Source of the DNA: Diploschistes diacapsis
Taxonomy: Eukaryota
Length of the DNA stretch: 32,701 nt
NCBI GenBank assembly: GCA_023645945.1
Contig: JALAIB010000098.1
Location: 1-32,701 of the forward strand
Direction of reading: 5' to 3'
A program made the position numbers and the translations under genes. The notes under the pieces were generated by a model. The model was not told the DNA's origin, made no database searches, and saw nothing but the letters and a program-made list of their open reading frames with translations. This document shows positions 9,923-22,375 of this stretch, piece by piece (position 1 is the first letter of the stretch; every line of letters begins with the position of its first letter).

Positions 9923-12900
9923 CTACCACCCCATGGCCCTCAGATTCGCCAGCGTCGCCTTCTCGCCCTCCTCCTCCTCCGCCGTCCTGCCCCTGCGCCT
10001 CTGCCCGCTCAGGTCCATCTGCACGCCCCTGTGCACGTGCACCAGCCAGTCGACGTAGCTCTGCGCCTCGGCGTTGCGGTCCTCCACCAGCAGCCGCGCG
10101 AACTCGTACTCGGCGCCGTCCAGCCCCTGCCGCGCCAGCTGCACCGTCTGCTGCCGGCTGCCGACGCAGCTGGCCCAGTACGCGAGCAGGTTGCGCGCCT
10201 GCGCGTTCAGGTGCGTCGGCAGCACGGGGAGCTCGTTCAGGTCCGGGCTCAGGCTCTGCAGGCTCGTCTTGCCGGGGCCGAACAGGTCCTCCAGCAGCGC
10301 CGGCGACACGTGGCTGTGCAGCCAGAGCAGCGTGACTTGGCCGTCGGACACCAGATAGGCGCCGCCTTCCTGGATGCGGGCGAAGGAGGCGCGCAGGTGG
10401 GGCGGGACGACGAGGGAGCGGGTTTTCACATCGGGGAAGCCGGATGTTGGGGGGAGGTCGTGCAGGGAGAGGATGCGGGGGTAGAGGAGGAGGGAGGTTG
10501 TGAGGGCTGGGGCAGAGCGGAGGAGGCGCATTACTTGGGTGCGGCGATCGGAGGGCTCGGAGCCGGCTGCAGGGCAGGAAGTTAGTGGAATCTCTTTGTT
10601 GGTCGAGGAAATGGGATACAATGGGGCCGTTTGGCGGTGAGGGTAGGAAGGATAAGGCTGTACCTTTGAAGGCTCGGCATTTGAGTAGGCCGAGGGTATA
10701 CATTGCGAATTCTTTGAGGTTTTCTGGGAGGACAAGCTGGCCGGGCGGGTGGCCACTTGAGAAGGCTTTTCGATATCCTGCTAGAATATCGATTGCCTTT
10801 TCGGTAACTGCGTGGCGAATTTCTTTAAGCGTTGTTTGGGTCATACGACTTGCAGCTTACATCCTCTATTAGCGAAGCTGATCTAGAGATACTACTTGAT
10901 ACGAACCTTCTTTGGCTATGATAGCAACCACTGCATCCTGGTCGATATAGCGCATGCACTCCGAACCCCCTTCGCTGACGCTGGCAACGGTGTTTGTGCA
11001 TCGCACTCGCCTTTCGCCGGTAGCAGTTGTGTACAGTAAAGCACACTGAAAGTGTGCGTCGAGTCTTGCATCAAGTTTGCCGTCATAGCTGAACATTACG
11101 CCTATAGCTTTGTCGGCGTCGATGATGCCAAATTCAAGGTCTGCCCCAAACGTGCGCTGTTTGAAGTTTCCGTGATACGACGTCACTTGCAAGCCGTTCG
11201 AGCATCGAACTTTCATAAGCGCCTGATAGCCAGTTTCTCGAGTCACGCTATGTTTAACCTCTAAAGAGAGCTTCAAACTATCCCGAGGAGCATGGAAATT
11301 AGGGTAGTGGAACACCTCGCCTCCAGTGAGGCCAGAAAGATGCCCTGTTAGTTGATCAGAAACTTTGCAGTCGGTCTTTTGATTACTTCTTACCTATAGT
11401 CGCAATATCCATATAGACGCCTCCCGATGCTGCCATGAAAAAATCCACTCCCACACCATACTCGACCATCTTGTCTGCTGTGCGTATCCAGCCTGGATGC
11501 TCTGTCTGGAAGAGCTTCTTTTCAGTTTCAGCACCATGCAGTTTTCCGTCGTCTCGCCGGAAAAGGCGCCCAGGGCCCCAGGTTGGTAGAGCAGATAAAG
11601 AGCATGTGATTTTGCCGCCAGTGGAAGCCAGAGCGCTCATAGCAGCGTCAAGCGTCGGTAGCAGCGCCGGCTCTGGATTTCTGACATCCGAAAAGAGCTT
11701 GGGAATCTGCGTGAGAAGCGAGGCGATAAGCGACCTTGATTCATATGGATCCACAAACAGGCCATCACTTCCCAGTGGCACGAATGGATCTTCCATTTCC
11801 GACATTACGAGCATCTGCGGCTGCTGGAGATTAGACTTGCAATTGTAGAAGTGTGCCTCTTTGTCAAAAGTGACGAATCCCACTTTGGCACCTGCTGGGA
11901 TTGCTCTGAGCTCCTCAGGAATTTGTCCGTCCTCATTGTGTTCAGGTACATCTCCGTAAAGCGCATGCAGGATGCCGTCACAGAATGCCTCTAAGAATCC
12001 TCTGTTGATGGCTTCCTGAGAGACATCAATGACGAACAGATGTCTGAGGCCGACGGGTTCCTTAGCCCAGTACTCCTTCGGAACCATAAACTCCACAGTA
12101 CCTAGCTTCAATTCAGGCCTCTCATCACGATCTACACGCGCACCCGACGGATCTGTGGGAGCAAAGTATTCCGAGGGTACGTCATTTGGAAACATGCACA
12201 AGTTACAAACAAATTTATTCCCTCCGGCGCGGAAAGTCATGAAAGGATTTATATATGTCCGACACCGAGCGCATCTAGGCGGTCCCTTCTCCCCAAAGTC
12301 TAGGACCGGTATGGGGTGTTCACCGGCTGCTAAGGGAGCCAAGGGTTGAAGAATGATGCCGAGAGGTAATGAGGTTGCCGCCAAAGCTTCCGAGGCCGTG
12401 GGTATATTGTTCAGCGTTAGGCGCGCATATTTTGGTGAAGAATTGCCCTGGTCGTGCGCAATAAACGGTACAGCAGCTGGCGGGGGAAGGTGCTGCTCCA
12501 TTGTCTGATATGTATGATCCGTATAATATTGAGCTGGTAGGTCTCGTGATCTCGGTATACTTGGTATCAATTCTGGATCTACTCTCCCTGACGCTCCTGA
12601 GACCTCCATAGCAGCTCCCGCGAATCTCGGCGTAGTAGGAGCAAACGAGCCCGCTGGCACTGGCGTAGCAGGCTGACTGCCATAGGGCATTGGACTTGGC
12701 TTCTGGTCCAAAAACTGAGACGGGCTAGAATGTCCCTGTGGGATGCCGTTGAAGGCCTGAGATGAGCCAGTGCCCTGGTCGAGATCGTGATGGGCATGTC
12801 TATTCTTTTTCTTCCTTGAAGGTTGAATTCCATCAACTCCCATGCCCATAGCGCCCATCTGCGATGTCAGACTCGTTACTGAGCCAGGAGTTCCTGGTGA

Positions 12901-13188
12901 CAGAAGTCCCTGCTGTGGCGACAGCAAGCTCGGTTGTGATGGACCATGAGCTCCAAACCCACCCTGCGGTGTCTGCCCATATTGTAGACCGTATGCGTTT
13001 GCAGCAAATCCCGCAGATCTTGGGGGAACAGGTAGAGGAGAATTCGGCTGGAATGGATAGGCGCTTGGCACAAAGCCTGCAGTTTTCGGCGGCTGAGATG
13101 GAGGGGACTGGGGAATCTGGAGGGAAGCCGTGCGTGACTTGTCATCCGGTTGATCCCCCAAGGCGTGGTATTGAGAGAAGTCGGACAT
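9923..13188 (-). CDS. SEC24: COPII coat Sec24-family subunit (SEC24C/D / Sfb3-Lst1 type)
   Basis: Exons 13188-11394, 11344-10907, 10855-10664, 10566-9923. Pro/Gln-rich N-terminus, DQGNSSPKYARLT, zinc finger PPRCARCRTYINPF..CNLC, trunk FVIDVS, KVRCSNGL, HFQCALLYT..GERRVR, gelsolin-like repeat and C-terminal LVED..SYVDWL. Confidence 0.92.
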
Positions 13189-13810
13189 TGCTAAGAAAAG
13201 AGAGCTCTAGATCCTAGACCTGTAGTCCCTCGTGAGGCTCACATAAGTTCGGCTTAACATGGGCGAGCTGTCGAGAGCAAGTCGAGGGCAACGGTGAGAC
13301 GGAATGCTTGGTGATCTAAGGTTATACCTCGAAGATCAGATTCAGAGCTTCTTAAGCGGTTTATCTTATGCACGAACTGGACAAATTGCTAGAATCTTAT
13401 GGGGTTTCAGCTATTGCCAGTTCCAGTTAGGGCCTGAGGTTATAGGCGCTTCGGGCGTATATCCCGCAAGCCAAGTAGCCACGGCCGCTTTGACACATAA
13501 AGATAAAATCATAGATACAAAAAGAGCCCTTCACGTAAAGTTCTTGTTCACTCAAGGTTCTGAAGGACTTCAAATACCAAATTTGGACCATGTTGATTTA
13601 CAGGAGTTACGTTGCTATCAAACTAGAGTACACAGTCCCGAAACTCTAAAAATATCTTTGGTAGGAAAAGAAAGGTAATACATATCAGAAGCGAAAAGAG
13701 GGTATCATAACCATGTCAAACAGCTAAGTGTGGAGTCAATACGGAATCCCAAAATCATCACCAGCTTGCTGCGGTGCCGCCAGACGCGGACCCGTGCGCC
13801 AAAGAGTGCA

Positions 13811-14692
13811 CTAGACATCAAAACCATCGTCACCGCTCGTTGCATCCTCCCATATCTTACGCCATCGTGATTCGCTCGTACGGTCAGTGCTCTGATCGGA
13901 ATTCAGGCCTCCAAGTAATCCTATTCCGCTCCGACCTTTTGCTCCAACGACCAGCTCTCGATCTCTGCGCATGCCTTCAAGGACCGCCGCCAGGCCCCCT
14001 TGACGCATCCGTTCGAGGACTATGTCCATGCCTTCCTTGCTTCTCACCAGACTTTTCCGAGCTCTCTCCAGGCTCGCGCCTTCGATAGACCCTTGCAACT
14101 TCGCTGTTGACCATGAGAAGAAGCCTCTCTTCTGCTCCTCAGTTTCTTCGCCGTTTGCCGAGACTCCAACTCTACGCTTGCTTTGACCTAAGCGGGAGAC
14201 AAAGGTGATGGTCGTGCTGACATCTGTAGTTTCTTGCTTGGAGGAAATATTCTCACTAAGCGACTTGTCCGCCGTGGGAGAGAATAGGCTGGTGGGCGAA
14301 TCCGTCGCACTGGAAGATCGAGTGAAGCGTTGTTTCTCAACAGCTTTCAGGACGCCAGTATACTGAAGGTTTTGGCTCTCAGTTTCCATCCAGCCTTCCC
14401 GTATGTCTATTACGCTATTCTCGAGAACAAAATTCTGTGCTTCCCCATTTGGACCCCGATTGTTTCCTAATATATTCCTTGGTAGTAAGCCCAATATCCA
14501 AGCGGGAATCTTTGATTGTTTGAGGTGTAGGCGCGTGGTATATAGGCGTTGCGTTACAGGATCAAAGTGGCGCGAGATGACATCTTCAGTGAGGACATGA
14601 GTTGAACATGGGTTTGGATAGCGCAGGAAGTAGGCAAGGGACACCGCAGGAAAGGAATAGTCGTAATTGTATGTCGAGGTATGAAACTTCAT
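13811..14692 (-). CDS. UPS1: PRELI/MSF1-domain mitochondrial intermembrane-space lipid-transfer protein (Ups1-like)
   Basis: Single exon. MKFH..YDYSFPAVSLAYFLRYPNPCSTHVL..DVISR..LYTTRLHLK is the PRELI signature. C-terminal SKEGMDIVLERMR helix. Confidence 0.85.
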   Translation of the reverse strand: MKFHTSTYNYDYSFPAVSLAYFLRYPNPCSTHVLTEDVISRHFDPVTQRLYTTRLHLKQSKIPAWILGLLPRNILGNNRGPNGEAQNFVLENSVIDIREGWMETESQNLQYTGVLKAVEKQRFTRSSSATDSPTSLFSPTADKSLSENISSKQETTDVSTTITFVSRLGQSKRRVGVSANGEETEEQKRGFFSWSTAKLQGSIEGASLERARKSLVRSKEGMDIVLERMRQGGLAAVLEGMRRDRELVVGAKGRSGIGLLGGLNSDQSTDRTSESRWRKIWEDATSGDDGFDV

Positions 14693-15163
14693 CCTTGTGA
14701 TAGTAGCATCGATCAAGCCATTTGTATTTGAAGGTTCAATGAAGTGAACTTGATGCGGAGATGAATGAAACACACTTCAGAGTTGACGTCGACGAGGATC
14801 TAAGACTATCTGGGCTTAGCGTTATTGTTATTATCAACTCCTCTGGTCAAGTATCGATTGGTATCCTAACACCCCGCTACATTACTCGATGTTATCCAGA
14901 TAAAGACAACTTGGATAGGAACATTCAAACTAGGTCTAACCACACTATGAGGTTCATACCTAACACGTCTTTTCGAGTTTAAAACGAGCAGTTCGTTCTG
15001 GTACAGCTAAAGCACCGCTTGCAAATACCCCCAGCTACCATCAACCTCTCACTGTTCTCATAGGAATAATTCTGTTATGACGGTTACTTTCTTGCTCAGC
15101 ACCCGTTCTCTACAGTTATTACTACATTAACACAACCCCTCTGCTCATTCCGCAGATTTGCAA

Positions 15164-16633
15164 ATGGCGGCCGTGTCCGCGGTGCCAGACGAGCCAGGGC
15201 AGCCGCCGGCCCTTACAGCGTCTGCACTGGCCGAGAAAACCATGACGAAAGAGCAAGTCATTACTCCTTTCGATGTTTCTGGTGGTGTTGATGAGAGTGG
15301 GAAGGCTGTCGCTATAGACTATAACAAGCTCGTTGTAACATTCGGGACTAAAAAGATCGATGCGGATCTGTTGCAGCGGTTTGAAAAACTGACCGGCCGC
15401 AAGCCCCATAGGATGCTTCGACGGGGCCTGGTTTTCAGCCATCGAGACTTAAGCATACTCCTAGACAAGTACGAAAGGGGTACGCCATTTTTCTTGTATA
15501 CAGGACGTGGCCCGAGTAGTGACAGCTTGCATGTTGGTCATACTATTCCATTTGAGTTTACAAAGTGAGACAATATGGACTTGATGAGCGAGAAATTCAC
15601 TAAATCCATCAGGTATCTGCAAGAAGCCTTCAATGTTCCCCTCGTCGTTATGTGCACAGACGATGAGAAGTTCTTGTACGTAAATTTAAATTGCTGAACT
15701 TTGCATCGACTCACTATTTGTAGCCACAACCCGAAGCTGTCCTTAGAAGATTGTTACAGGTTCGCGCTGGCCAACATCGCCGATATTATTGCCATAGGAT
15801 TCAATGTGAAGAGAACTTTCATCTTCATTGATACCGATTTCGTCGATGGTGGTCATGGAGCTGCGTTTAATATGAACGTAAGACTCATGGGCAAGCGAAC
15901 AACCATAAATCAGATCAAGGGCACGTTCGGATTTGGTGATAGTAACAATATTGCAGAATTCGGGTTTCCTGCTATGCAGTCAGCTGCTTCATTCGCCAGC
16001 AGTTATCCATTTATCTTCGGTACGGATAAGAAAAAGGTTTCGAAGATACCTTGCCTTATTCCCTGTGCCGTGGACCAAGACCCGTACTTTCGCCAATGCA
16101 GGGAACATGCGGAGAAGCTGAAGTACGTTAAACCGGCCCTGATTCACTCTGTTTTCCTTCCATCACTTAGAGGCTCGGACACCAAGATGTCTGCCAGTGA
16201 TACGGATTCATCGATATATCTATCAGATACAGATAAGCAAATCAAGAAGAAGATTGGCGCATCATTTTCTGGAGGACAAGAGACTCGTGAGCTACATCGA
16301 GAGCTCGGTGGACGGACGGACGTCGATATCCCTTTCCAATATCTGAAGTTCTTCCTCGAGGACGACGACGAGCTGGAGAGAATACGCCTTGCGTATGAAA
16401 AGGGTGAAATGGAGACATCGGAGATTAAAGCGATCTGCATCCGCGAACTCCAAGAATATGTATCCGCCTTTAGAGAAAGGAGGAAAGCAGTCACCGACAA
16501 AGTGCGAGCCGAATTCTTAAGACCAAGACCTTTGGATTTTGATGGTTCCCCCGGTGGAAGTGGGATCAATGTAGAGAAGGAGCAACAGATCGCGGCACTT
16601 GAGCAGCGGTTGGCGGAATTAAAAGCGACATGA
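15164..16633 (+). CDS. WRS1: Cytosolic tryptophanyl-tRNA synthetase
   Basis: Exons 15164-15564, 15613-15675, 15724-16633. YTGRGPSS, HIGH-like HVGH, TDDEKF, CLIPCAVDQDPYFR and KMSAS motifs. Confidence 0.95.
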
Positions 16634-16728
16634 AACTTCCCTTCTCGCTCAGCATTCATTGCTTAGGGCAATTGGAGGAAGTCTTCCATTTCAAGCATCG
16701 CGCGCTGTCATTCTGGACATTGGATGCA

Positions 16729-17602
16729 TTAAATATGCCCCTTAATGATGCCAAAGTTAAAGCCGCGAACGCCATTGCTTAACACGAGAACTTCGCCCAA
16801 TTTCACGTCATCCATTTTGATAATTCCTTCAACAGCTAATCCTTTCTCCAATGCCCACCTGCGAGTCGTGCCTAAATTACCACCGCACTGCTCTACTGGC
16901 GTTATCCATCGTCCGTCACGCCAGAAGTATGGCGTTGAAACACTGCCTTCTGTGACTTCGCCTTTCCCGTTCTGCAAAAGCACCTCTTCGGCCTGGCCTG
17001 AAGTTCCTAGACTCCTTCTGGCTAAATCATAGACAAGCCTTTCGGTTGTTTTATGCCGGGTAACTAAAGACGGTTCAATCGGCCGTAATTGTAGATAGAC
17101 GAGCCACTTGTTACTGATATCGCTCGAAGGTGGAGATAAAGAAACTGGCAGCAAGCTCCAGCTTTGAGCGTCTGTCAATGGAATAGAAGTGCATGAAATA
17201 ACACCGGTCTTAGATAGCATGATGCGAATCTGAAAATGAACGTCACGCTTGAGCATCCACAGATACTAGGAAAGTTTGCCTTACTCGAATCGGTTGCGAC
17301 AAGGAAACAGGATCCTCAACTTTCTCTGCTAAATGTTGAGAGAGAGTATCTAGAATGCGGCTGGCGCCCTCTGGTCCTGATATAACCTTTACTGCTTCTG
17401 GCCAATCGAACTCGCTGGCAGCTTGAAACATGCGATCGCGGTGGTACAAAAATAAATAGAATGGGCAACTTTCACCTGCAAGAGAAAGCTCGGAGTTCAA
17501 ATGAGATTGTAGAAGATTACTATCTGCCCTCATGGTACTTATTATTTGCGTGCTACCCGTAGGTATACCGTTGGGGACTTTCCGAGTGTGGTGTGATTCC
17601 AT
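16729..17602 (-). CDS. ABZ2: Class IV aminotransferase-fold protein, probable 4-amino-4-deoxychorismate lyase (Abz2/PabC-like)
   Basis: Exons 17602-17285 and 17229-16729. YHRDRM, TRHKTT (PLP lysine), EVLLQN..EVTEGS, GTTRRW and SNGVRG motifs. Confidence 0.8.
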
Positions 17603-17996
17603 GGGGAAAAAGTTAAGTCCCTTGTGAACAAAACTGGAAGAGAAATGTAGTCAAGCAATAGTCAGTCTTCCTGCTGTTTATCTATGCCATCCAAGGTTGT
17701 TTGGAAGTTGGGAAGAAACAATGTACACTTGAGAAAGGTTGGTGCTTCTACATTATCGGTTGAACAATCTTCCTGATCTGACGTCCTCGATGACTTTTAG
17801 AATATAATATTAGAAAGCCGTGCGCCAAGAAGTCTTCATATTTGCTTAAGCTTCCGAGCTTTCTCTGCCATTACTATCGACTGCTTATTATATTTGATAT
17901 ACCAAGGAGCAATAGCATTATTGCATCCGTGTCACACCTGAGCTTGGACAGAGAAAGTCTTGTTACGGCGAGAGCCCATCCGACTGCGTTGCCAGG

Positions 17997-20067
17997 ATGT
18001 CTGCCCAAGGGCTCCCCCCACAGCCCTTCAGGTCCGTCAATGTCGAAAGCTCTGCCATATCGTCGCCTTCGTTATGGGAACGGGTATCGAATTGGGCGTC
18101 TGAACATAGGGCCGTGGTATACACCATAGCTGGCGTGGCAGTCGTTGTTACGGGCGCAGGCATAGTCTATTATTACAGGGACGCAACTCGCGACCAAGCC
18201 AGCACGGAGCGTCGCGCAAGCAAGAAGGAACGGAGGAAAGCAAAGAAAGAAAAAGAAGCTGCTGAAAAACGCGCAGCTGGTATGTCTGCAATTATTTCGC
18301 ACGGGATCCAGCTCTAACAATTACGCAGAATCCGAGGAGCCCAGTACGAACAAGCGAGCCAAAGTCGAAAGTGAACCGACAGAAGAACTACCAGAGGTGG
18401 ATGAGTCTACGGTAGATAGTTTGACTGATCAGGTGCGTTGTGACTCCGCTCAGAGTAAAGCTTGGCTCACCAGTCTAGGACCGCAAAGACTATGCTGCAA
18501 AGTTGAAAGCTGCTGGCAACAAGGCTTACGGCGACAAATGGTACAATGAAGCTATAGAACTTTACGGCAAGGCTATTATATGCAAGCCAGATCCGATCTT
18601 CTATTCCAATCGTGCTGCTTGCTACAACGCTCTCGGTCAATGGGAAAAGGTGGTTGAAGACACAACGGCCGCAATAAACCTCGATAATGAATATGTCAAA
18701 GCTTTGAACCGCAGAGCGAATGCATACGAGCATCTTGAGATGTACAGCGAGGCTCTCTTGGATTATACAGCTAGCTGCATTATCGATAGTTTCAGGAACG
18801 AAGCCAGCGCCCAGAGTGTCGAACGCTTACTGAAGAAAGTAGCTGAGGCAAAGGCGAAGACTATCATGGAAACAAAGCAAAAGAGACTCCCAGGCGCAAC
18901 CTTCATCACCAACTACTTGCAAAGTTTCCGAGCGAAGCCACCACCAGCAGGTTTGGAAGAATCGGCTCAATTAGATGAGCAGACTGGAAAGGGGCAACTG
19001 CAAGCTGGCATTGTCGCTCTGGATTCTAAGACTAGCGAGGCTTATGAGAAAGCAGCGGCTTGCTTCGACAAGGCCCTGGAACTAGATGAGCTTGGAGAGT
19101 ATGAAGCCTTTGCTCACAACATGAGAGGAACTTTTAGGTTCCTGCGCGGAGAAGCTCAGGAGGCTTTGGATGACTTATCCAGGAGTACTTCACTCGACCC
19201 ATCATTGACGCAGAGTTTCATCAAGCGAGCGAGCATGCACCTAGAGCTAGGTAAAGCATCGATAACTGTTTACCCTGGAGCTTAGCTAACGTATATTCAG
19301 CCGATCGTGACGCTGCGAGCGGTGATTTTGAGCACGCACTTGAACAGAGTAAAGAGGATCCTGATATCTACTATCACCGTGCACAGCTTCATTTCATACT
19401 TGGCGAGTACACTGAAGCTGCAAAGGACTACCAGAAATCCATAGACCTCGACAAAGACTTCATATTTTCGCACATTCAGCTAGGTGTAACCCAGTATAAA
19501 ATGGGCTCGATCGCATCCTCGATGGCGACTTTCCGGAGAACGATCAGGAATTTTGAGAAGGTACCTGATGCATACAACTACTACGGTGAACTGCTCCTTG
19601 ATCAACAAAACTACAAAGATGCCATTGAAAACTTTGACAAATCGATTGAGCTCGAAAAGCAAACAAAGCCGTCAGCCATGAATGTGCTCCCTATCGTAAA
19701 CAAGGCTTTGGCGTTGTTCCAATGGAAGCAGGATTCTACCGAGGCTGAGAAGTTATGCCAGAAGGCTCTTATTAGTACGTTTTTTTCCCACACAGTACCC
19801 ATGGCCTTGCTGACGTGAATAGTCGATCCGGACTGCGATGTCGCAGTTGTTACCATGGCCCAACTTCTCCTGCAGCAAGGCAAGGTGACGGACGCCATGA
19901 AGTACTTTGAGAGGGCGGCCGAGCTTTCGAGAACCGAGGCAGAAGTGGTCAATGCTCTAAGCTATAGTGAGGCTACGAGGACCCAAATAGAGGTACAGCA
20001 GAAGTACCCGCAACTCGCGAGCCGCTTGCAGGGGATGGGCGCTATGGGTGGTGCTGGAATGAGGTGA
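17997..20067 (+). CDS. TOM70: Mitochondrial import receptor Tom70 (TPR protein)
   Basis: Exons 17997-18279, 18329-18432, 18479-19250, 19301-19774, 19823-20067. N-terminal anchor ([20 protein letters not shown]) followed by a basic stretch. TPR clamp [24 protein letters not shown] and further TPRs ([11 protein letters not shown]). Confidence 0.95.
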
Positions 20068-22375
20068 AATGAATACGGACTTCCCCGAGAGTGAACGAAA
20101 CGATAATTCAGGTGCGAAAGTTGCTGCATATTGGCAGGCTTGAGCTCTTCCTATTACTCGACTGCTCTATTCGTTATCTCCCCTTCGGGTCTGTTTCGCC
20201 TGGCGTTACGAAGGAAAAAGAGAGCATGGAGGACTCTCGGACGCAACAGACACTGTAAAATAAGCATGCGCCGGGATAACATTGCTGGTTTTGGGAAGTG
20301 GCGAGGCTTGAACATATGTTTTACTAAAGTTTATCCTAAATCCACGTATGTACAATGCTACTACTACTCTGTTGTCTTATGCCCTCGCTCATGCTAAGCG
20401 AGCTTTCCAAGTCCATGGGAAAAGTGCTTGTCCTACCTACCGAGTACCCGGCAACTCAGAGAGGTAACTCAGAGCTATCAAACCGTGACATTACTCAGCC
20501 ATGCATGTACAAAACAAAGACAGACCACATCTTGTAATGGGGAATTCGGGCCCTGGGAACTCGTCTCCTTCTCAATCACAAGTAAATGTTTGATTGGGAA
20601 AGGAGAAGAAATGGAAGCTCGCTGGGGCAACCATATACCTTATAGCGGAATGCTCCTGCGGACGACGGCCTATTGATTCGCTATTGGAGTGGGTTTTGCA
20701 GCTTTCATAACAGCGTATCAGTCAAAGATAGGGGTTGCTGCCAAGTACCAGCCTTGGGAAGCCGCTCTGATATTTGAGATTTCTTGGAAGGAGCACAAAC
20801 ACGTCCATAGAAAGGCCTAAAGAAACCGACGAATGACTGCAAAGGTACAGACGTATATACCCTACCCATGTATCCCCAGCATCTACACTCTCCATCTCTG
20901 CAAACACTAATTTCGGAACTAGGAGAATGGCAATATCCACTCGCTATACTACGATGGCCTATGGTTATCAAGAATGGGCTACGTCGTGGCGATATCGTCG
21001 GATAACCACTGGCTTTACCCTCAAAATCTTTGAAGAGCGTTTTCTGTACTTGTCAAAGCGTCTACTTCTTGAGTTTCAGACATGGGTACTTTACTTGTCC
21101 AGCTCTAGGTATCGGTCATGCCTTGTAGGGCAAAGCATGGAACAAGTTTTGATCTTTCGGACTCCAAAGGTGGCGGCGCAAGGTCGTGTAAACCGACGTG
21201 TCTCATAACAAACCTTTGTGTTACGACGCTTCTTTGGACTGATCTCTAGCCTCCCTCGGGGAACACCGCACTTCAAGGCCGTGATGTGACACCATGAATT
21301 GACTTCATGCCCTTTTGATATGTTCTTCAGTCGCCCATCTTCGGCTTTTTCCAAGAAAGCAATCGATGACTCATGTTTCGCCTCCACATGGAGAGCCGGA
21401 AAGAACTGCAAGTTTGCTATAATACTATTTCCTTATCGCTGCATCCGCTTCGGGCGAACATTCTGTACTTGCTCACCGAGGTCGTCCACAGGGTGAGCTG
21501 CGGTCGAGCAGGTCTCAAGATACGCGGCTGTCTTCCAGCCATGATTGGCAATTGAATATTGGTATTGGCCTATACGCTGACCTCCCACACAAACTTCTAG
21601 GATAGCCCGTTGGTGTGCGGAAGAGTTCTGTTTCTCATACACCGATTCTTTTCGCGTCCCGAAGTTTCGCTTATAGGCAAGATCAAGATAGATAGTGTAT
21701 GGTATGAGATGAACTATGGTCTCCTTGTGGAGCGAGGCTCTTTCCTGCTTCATGCAAGGGACATGTAAGTTGGTTAATTTCCACAGAGCTCTTTGCCGGG
21801 TTGTCTACGGCTAGAGGTGTCCGCCACTAAGGCGTGCTTCCTTTTATGCTAGAATTGGAACTGGATATCTTGCTTACAGGCAGCGGATAGCCTCCGTGGT
21901 TAAGACATGGGCGTTATCGCTTAGACTACGTATACTACTAGCCAGAAGCAGACACTTAGCTATCCATCGAGTTCAGGATTTGCCGAATATCCTACTTGCA
22001 AACATGGCTGCAACGCGGCTTGCAATTGATTCTCCTATTACCTATTCAGCATGCCGGATCTTGTACAAGGTCATAGCATTCGACTCCGAACATCAACTCC
22101 TGGAACTGTTCTACAAATTCTGTCTATGGTTGCAAATCGACCTGTCATATGAATCATCAAATGTTGTGGGAGCGTTGCTCGTTTCTACAAGCTATTTCTA
22201 CATATATCTCGAAAGGAGGATGGCTTCCCAAGTAACGTCGTCCTTTCTTTCCATGTACATGTGCCGGGTAACAAAATATCTTACCCTGGTCGTTTGTTGG
22301 AACAAGCCCGTTCATTTCACCGGATAGATCAAGAACCTTTATATCCGTTGTCCTCCAAGGCGAACGTTTTACGTT

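Noticed and set aside
9740..10844. Long ORFs 9740-10585 (+) and 9894-10844 (-) overlapping the SEC24 3' end
   Set aside because: Shadow ORFs caused by ~100% GC3 removing stop codons. Only 10844-10664 of the minus ORF is real (SEC24 exon 3).
21091..21753. Two same-frame minus-strand ORFs separated by one TAA (possible readthrough or pseudogene)
   Set aside because: The peptides show no recognisable motif or protein-like pattern and are compatible with chance.
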